In this document: positions 58,896-64,000 of the stretch, one piece after another
Layout of the letters: every line of letters starts with the position of its first letter
Numbering within the stretch: the stretch's first letter is position 1
Assembly (NCBI GenBank): GCA_041664925.1
Contig: JBAYJV010000001.1
Coordinates: forward strand, 361,183-425,182
From: Minisyncoccota bacterium
Lineage (GTDB): Bacteria; Patescibacteriota; Minisyncoccia; JBAYJV01
Length of the DNA: 64,000 bases
Direction: 5' to 3'
Translations under genes and position numbers: made by a program
The notes under the pieces: generated by a model
What the model saw: only the letters and a program-made list of their open reading frames with translations
What the model was told of the DNA's origin: nothing
The model's database searches: none

Positions 58896-59747
58896 ATGAA
58901 GAAAAAAGTTTTTTTCCTAGTTTTTGGTATTGGAGGGATTTTGTTGTTGGCAAGTTTTGTAATGTCAGGAGGACAGGACAATAAAGCATCACTAGGTGAA
59001 GCAGTAAGCTCAACTGCAGAAAATCAGACAACCTATTCGTTTTATAAAGATGATGACGTAGATGGCCTTTCGAATGCCGAAGAGGTAATTTTTGGTTCGT
59101 CAATTAATGTGACAGACACAGATGGCGACGGTTATCTTGATGGTGAAGAAGTAAGGAATGGTTATGACCCAATCAAGGCCGGGACAGCGCGCCTTTCTGA
59201 TAGAGAAAATCTTAATGCATCAATCCGTTACTATATTTGGCTTAGAGAGGAAAAGGGAATTAGTGAATTCAAAATGGACCAGGGATTACTTGATGAATTT
59301 GCTAGTCGTTACCCTGAATCTGTTCAGATTGGTGAAATTCAAGACAGCGACATAAAACTTATTTCTCAGGATAACGAAGAAAGTGTTCGTAAATATTTAG
59401 CAGATCTCAATAAAATTGGACTTCCGGAAGGCCTCACAAGTTATCAAGAAATTGTTAAAGGATATGATGAAACCAGCAATGCCTTAATTGATGATCTTTT
59501 AGGGAAAATAGAATTGGCGCGTCTTGATTTTTCTTATTTAGAAACGCCTTTGTCTGCCAAAGAAATTCAAAAAGGCTATTTAACAATTGTTAGAGAATTT
59601 TCTAGTATTTTTTCTGACTTAAAAAGTTACTATCAAAACCCGATTCAAGTGGAGCTAAATATTAAAAAAGCCCAAAAACTTATTGATCTAGCCCAACAAA
59701 TAGAGAATATTAAGCTTGAGCTTATAAGAAAATACCAAATCAGTTAA
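58896..59747 (+). CDS. secreted protein with thrombospondin-type-3-like Ca-binding Asp-rich repeats
   Basis: Signal peptide. DDDVDGLSNAEEVIFGSSINVTDTDGDGYLDGEEVRNGYDP. Confidence 0.3.
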   Translation: MKKKVFFLVFGIGGILLLASFVMSGGQDNKASLGEAVSSTAENQTTYSFYKDDDVDGLSNAEEVIFGSSINVTDTDGDGYLDGEEVRNGYDPIKAGTARLSDRENLNASIRYYIWLREEKGISEFKMDQGLLDEFASRYPESVQIGEIQDSDIKLISQDNEESVRKYLADLNKIGLPEGLTSYQEIVKGYDETSNALIDDLLGKIELARLDFSYLETPLSAKEIQKGYLTIVREFSSIFSDLKSYYQNPIQVELNIKKAQKLIDLAQQIENIKLELIRKYQIS

Positions 59748-60463
59748 TGAAAAAGATCTTTCGCAAACTTACAAAAACTTTCATAATCTTGGTTGTTTGC
59801 TTTATTGTTTTTGTTGTTTTGGTAGTTATTTTTGTCCATCGCGATGAAACTACAGGAAAAATCACAATTTCATTTAAATCAAATGCCAATAAAATTTCTG
59901 ACAACGGTTTTAGTGATATTCTTTCAAGAGAGGCAAGTTTAGCAAGCTTAACTCAAGTTGATTGGGCCGAGGCATATAACCAAGCATTAAATAAACAAAA
60001 TACACAGATTGCTGATACTAAAAACAATCAAACAGGAAATCTTAAAGAAACAATTTCAACGCAAAAAGGGCCGAATAGCAATCAAAAGGTATACGAAAAA
60101 TTTGTAAAATATCTCCAAGCATCAAATGTTCAACTTGATGGATCTCAAAATCCGCTAAATTTGGCAATTCAGTATCGTGATAATGATCAAAAAGACAAGA
60201 TTAATGGGCTGATCACTAATCTAGATAAAAAAATAGCCAGCATTGAGACTATTGTTCCGCCGGAGGAGGCAGTGGGTTATCATCTCGCAAAATTAAGACT
60301 TTTAAGAGAAATAAGCGCTATTTTAAGCAAAATTAAGGCCTCAGACAAAGGAGTGGCGCTGGAGCAAATTATTCCAGAAGAAGAGTTTTCTTATTTAGCT
60401 GGACTTGATATTATCCTTCAAAAATACTTAACTTACTTTTTTTACTCAAAGATAAGTGGTTAA
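59747..60463 (+). CDS. membrane-anchored hypothetical protein (238 aa)
   Basis: N-terminal TM IILVVCFIVFVVLVVIFV. Start overlaps the previous stop (ATGA). Confidence 0.3.
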   Translation: MKKIFRKLTKTFIILVVCFIVFVVLVVIFVHRDETTGKITISFKSNANKISDNGFSDILSREASLASLTQVDWAEAYNQALNKQNTQIADTKNNQTGNLKETISTQKGPNSNQKVYEKFVKYLQASNVQLDGSQNPLNLAIQYRDNDQKDKINGLITNLDKKIASIETIVPPEEAVGYHLAKLRLLREISAILSKIKASDKGVALEQIIPEEEFSYLAGLDIILQKYLTYFFYSKISG

Positions 60464-63311
60464 AAAAGCCATAAAATTTACTGGTTTTGGATTTTTCTTA
60501 GCGGCACTAGTTCTTTTTGCGCTGAATATTTTTGCTACAAAAACAAATGCTACTACCGAAATAAACAAAGATGAAATTCTTGATAATCATTTTGATATGG
60601 ACATTCCTGGTTTTAAAATCTGCCAAGAACTTCGTCGCTTGACAGAAGATTTAATAGATCCATCAGTAACTCCTCCCTATGAGGTTTTTAATTTTGGGGT
60701 CAATGAAAATACAGATGATAGTGAAGGGGCTTTGGATGGGAGCGACACAGATTCTGTAACGACCCAAGACGGCAGTGTTTTTCAAAAATGGTTTCTTGAT
60801 GCGTGCATTATGGATGGCTACATCACAGAAGTAAGACATGTAGCGACAATTCATAATTTTGATGTGACTGACTCCATTTTTAGCGATGAAAATGCAATCA
60901 AAGAACTCAATCTAGGTGAACTTTTCGAGGAAGCATTTATGCAAGTTACTAAAGAAGGTGTACTTGATGATAAGAGTGGTCTTAGTGATCAGGATCAAAA
61001 AAACTTACAAGAGGCAAGTCTAAAAGATTTCTTCCTTTCTCTTAAAGACTCAAACGAACAATTCATGACGGATTTAATGACAGCCATATCAGAAAAACAG
61101 AGAATTGACCTCGAAGAACTTCAAAAATATGAATTAGCGAAAATAGAAAAAGCGAGAGAAGATGTTAATAAACTTACTTATGAAGTTTATCGAGAACTTG
61201 TAGATGAGTCTTTAATTTACCAAGATACTCTCCAAGGCGAGCTTGTTCGCGGCTTAGGACTTAAGGAAATTATTCCGCAAGGAGAAACTGCCGACAGTTG
61301 TCCTTTTGGTGTTTTGATTCCAAATACTTCGGATGGCGCTCAATGTATGATAATAAAGAAAGAGGGCAGAGTCATTAGCAATGTTGATAATTTCATTAAT
61401 GAAGAATCGCTTCAAAAAGCAAGAGATTTTCTAATGTGCTATTTGGCTCCTTGGAGGCATTTCCCTGTTGGAGAAGATTATTATTTTGCGGCATCAGCAG
61501 CGGAAAGAACTGCAATAAAAAATAAGAACAATCAAAAATTTCGTGATAATACCGACCCTGATTTTAAATATATCGACGAAGCAATGAGAACTGCTAATAG
61601 TGGAGTTCCTTTTTGTGGAACACAGGCAGTTGCAGAAATAATAAGGACTGATCCTGATATCAAGAAGCCATTTATTTTGGCTAATTATCCTACAAGCACT
61701 TATCCTCTTTTTAAACAGGAGCTTTACGATGGCAGCAAAAATATTTGCCAAGTTGCCGAAGAAAATGGTTCAGAACCCAATTTAGCAAGACTATGCAGAG
61801 AGGCAATAAGAAAAGTAATGGATAATAAGAGTGGTAGTGGCGACGATAGAAGTTGTGACACACAAAATATTTGCGAAAAAACAAGAATAAAATTAGACGA
61901 TCCAAATACTGGTTTCCCATATGACTATATTAACGCAAGTGGACAAACAGAGACTGCAAAAGGAAGACCGGATATTTTTGATACTGATTTTGAAGGATAT
62001 GTGAAATATTTATGCCCGAGTGATCAGATGAAAGAAAGATTAAAAAAAGATCTTTTATTAGAGATGGCTCGAAAATACCAGTTTATTTACGATGCTCCTC
62101 CGGAGCATTGGTATTATACTTCCGGTACTGGTGATGATAAAACCAGATGTGGTTTGATTTTAGGGAACTTAGGTTACGATGTTGAGGGAATCATAGGAGA
62201 GATTTCAAGTGATAAACTATCTTCCCAAACATTACTTTCTTATCAAAAATATCAAGAAAAAGTCTGGAAGTCAGATCTAAAAATCGCTCTAGCTTACAGA
62301 CCAGATAATGACGATACCGATTATGCTACATATAGCGGCAATCCTTACAAAAATAGCTTTGATGGCGTAACTTCATTCTTGTCGTCTGCGATGGATAAAA
62401 TTAAAAATGACTACAAATCATCAAGAACCGCTGAATATTTAGCAGGAGAAGGGCTAAGATCAGATAAATATTTGGTCGGATTTTCTGATTATCAAACAAA
62501 TAAATACTTCTTTATAAACACGGAAAACATTATTTCTCCGGCGCTATTCTTAAAAGACAAAGTCATGGCGGCTACTCAAGCGCAGTTTGATTTAGCGCAA
62601 ATGGCGTTCAAACAGCAGCCCGAAGGATCTGGAGAAACAACAATATGGACTTGTCCGACACCTTATGTAACGGGCGATGACCTTAAAAAGGATGATTTCC
62701 CAACAGCTGGTCCGTACAATAGTCTAAAAGGAATTTGCGCTGACCAAAACAAGGGATTGAAGAGTGGCTGGTATTTGATTGATTTAACTCCGGACGAGTC
62801 AGATCCAAGCAAAAAAAATTATGATTGTCGCTGGCCCCAGTTTAATAATATAACCTGTGAAGTTTTTGGTTACACAACGACCCAAGCTATAAAAGAATAC
62901 AAGATGCCCAATGAATTACCGGCGCCATGGGAAGATGCAAGCGAGTATATGAAAATACCTGATGAGTATAAGAAATGGTTTGAAGGTGATATTACAGTTC
63001 AAGCAGGAACAAGTAGCAATGGAACACCAATTAAAGTTACAAAAACTGGCGAGGAACTGGGACTAACAAAATCACCACCAGCGTTTGACATAGCTGAATA
63101 CGGGAAGGACCCGTATGACAATTGGAGCGAGCAATATCCAGAAATCTATGGCAAGGCTTACGGAAACGATTATATGGCTCCTGCAACAAGCTCAGATTAT
63201 TATATTAACAAATGGTACAAGGGCATTACTCAGCTTTATGAAAAACCGATGTCAGAAATTTTAAGAACTTGGTTTAGACAAGAAGCGACAACAACACCAA
63301 CGGGTCCGTAA
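60456..63311 (+). CDS. large secreted protein (951 aa), Cys-containing, unknown function
   Basis: N-terminal anchor/signal FTGFGFFLAALVLFALNIFATKTNA. 8-bp overlap with the upstream gene. Confidence 0.35.
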   Translation: MVKKAIKFTGFGFFLAALVLFALNIFATKTNATTEINKDEILDNHFDMDIPGFKICQELRRLTEDLIDPSVTPPYEVFNFGVNENTDDSEGALDGSDTDSVTTQDGSVFQKWFLDACIMDGYITEVRHVATIHNFDVTDSIFSDENAIKELNLGELFEEAFMQVTKEGVLDDKSGLSDQDQKNLQEASLKDFFLSLKDSNEQFMTDLMTAISEKQRIDLEELQKYELAKIEKAREDVNKLTYEVYRELVDESLIYQDTLQGELVRGLGLKEIIPQGETADSCPFGVLIPNTSDGAQCMIIKKEGRVISNVDNFINEESLQKARDFLMCYLAPWRHFPVGEDYYFAASAAERTAIKNKNNQKFRDNTDPDFKYIDEAMRTANSGVPFCGTQAVAEIIRTDPDIKKPFILANYPTSTYPLFKQELYDGSKNICQVAEENGSEPNLARLCREAIRKVMDNKSGSGDDRSCDTQNICEKTRIKLDDPNTGFPYDYINASGQTETAKGRPDIFDTDFEGYVKYLCPSDQMKERLKKDLLLEMARKYQFIYDAPPEHWYYTSGTGDDKTRCGLILGNLGYDVEGIIGEISSDKLSSQTLLSYQKYQEKVWKSDLKIALAYRPDNDDTDYATYSGNPYKNSFDGVTSFLSSAMDKIKNDYKSSRTAEYLAGEGLRSDKYLVGFSDYQTNKYFFINTENIISPALFLKDKVMAATQAQFDLAQMAFKQQPEGSGETTIWTCPTPYVTGDDLKKDDFPTAGPYNSLKGICADQNKGLKSGWYLIDLTPDESDPSKKNYDCRWPQFNNITCEVFGYTTTQAIKEYKMPNELPAPWEDASEYMKIPDEYKKWFEGDITVQAGTSSNGTPIKVTKTGEELGLTKSPPAFDIAEYGKDPYDNWSEQYPEIYGKAYGNDYMAPATSSDYYINKWYKGITQLYEKPMSEILRTWFRQEATTTPTGP

Positions 63312-63339
63312 AAATTAAGATTATTTAAATATCCTCCTA

Positions 63340-64000
63340 ATGTTTAGTTTTTCTAAAAAACTAAAATCAAAAAGATGGTTTTTGCCCACGCTTTTATTAG
63401 TCGTGGCAGTTGTTTTATTTATTCCCAAAGGATCTGCTTTGGCAGCAGGGGATTTACAGATAGGAATGTTGGGAGGAATAGTCTGTGCAATCATTGCCAC
63501 TGTTCTTTATATTCCGGCAATGATAGCTACTTATCTAATGCAGCTTGGTGGAAAGGTTTTATCCGCTGTCATGGCAAAGAGTTTTAATGAGAATTTATAT
63601 ATCCATTCACCATTTGTTCAAATAGCTTGGGGATTTTGCCGTGATTTTGCCAATATTTTCTTTATTGTCTGGCTGGTCATTATAGCGGTTTGCCTAATGC
63701 TTGACATCAAGAGTTTTAATGCAAAAAAACGACTAATTCAGCTTGTCTCGATTGCGCTATTGGTCAATTTCAGTTTGATTTTCTGCGGCTTTATGATTGA
63801 TATTGCCCAAGGACTAATGTACTTCTTTACTCAGACCATGGTTCGTATTAATGACGGGCAACAGCCTTATTCATTAGCCGATGGTCTAACTAAAGCATTT
63901 AGACAAAATGAATTATTCGGTGCTGCCGTGCCTCCGGCTTGGGAATTTGTTGGCATTGATTCGGCTGGAAGTCTTAATGTCGCTTTAAAAAACCTTATGG
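63340..64000 (+). CDS. polytopic membrane protein, 3'-truncated by window edge (possible TrbL/VirB6-like)
   Basis: Not in the ORF track (no stop within window). ATG at 63340, open to 64000. MFSFSKKLKSKRWFLPTLLLVVAVVLFIPKGSALAAGDLQIGMLGGIVCAIIATVLYIPAMIATYLMQLGG... Signal peptide plus at least 4 TM helices. Confidence 0.35.
   Translation, partial: MFSFSKKLKSKRWFLPTLLLVVAVVLFIPKGSALAAGDLQIGMLGGIVCAIIATVLYIPAMIATYLMQLGGKVLSAVMAKSFNENLYIHSPFVQIAWGFCRDFANIFFIVWLVIIAVCLMLDIKSFNAKKRLIQLVSIALLVNFSLIFCGFMIDIAQGLMYFFTQTMVRINDGQQPYSLADGLTKAFRQNELFGAAVPPAWEFVGIDSAGSLNVALKNLM

Noticed and set aside
63375-63587. 70-aa ORF from the supplied track (MVFAHAFISRGSCF...)
   Set aside because: It is in the wrong frame. 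The frame starting at ATG 63340 is open to the window end and encodes a convincing signal peptide plus TM helices, so the 70-aa ORF is an out-of-frame artefact.

Overview
This 64 kb window is a low-GC (roughly one third G+C) compact bacterial chromosome segment, with reduced-genome / CPR-Patescibacteria-like character. Housekeeping genes: gyrA 3' part, valS, tsaD, hup, rny, clpP, tig, nusA, rplS, a RluA-family pseudouridine synthase, rpsA, ftsH, a deoxynucleoside kinase, a HIT hydrolase, a XerC/D-like recombinase, rpsO, a NYN-domain gene, pnp, a DksA/TraR-like regulator, a YifB/ComM AAA+ ATPase, groES-groEL and ksgA. There are 11 tRNA genes plus two partial tRNA 3'-end duplications. These sit among envelope and surface modules. 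(a) 3929-6429: a tandem array of four paralogous VirB2/TrbC-like two-helix pilin-type proteins; the first is fused to Fn3-like repeats and a Cys/Asp-rich adhesin-like domain. (b) 6499-12441: a minus-strand glycosylation cluster (GT-C-like membrane proteins, GT2, methyltransferase, membrane-anchored spermidine-synthase-like protein). (c) 47276-52759: a GT4-GT4, O-antigen-ligase-like, Wzz-like cluster that contains a compositionally foreign GC-rich secreted-protein gene. (d) 58896-64000: a cluster of secreted and membrane proteins of unknown function, ending in a polytopic membrane protein that runs off the window and is missed by the ORF track. Other notable points: a tRNA-Ile gene with a UAU anticodon, a ~140 bp intergenic element present in two copies with TTCGAA-type palindromic subrepeats, and a strong promoter driving a structured leader with a Phe-rich 50-codon small ORF and alternative terminator hairpins upstream of the dksA-like gene. 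No CRISPR arrays, rRNA genes, or transposases were recognised.
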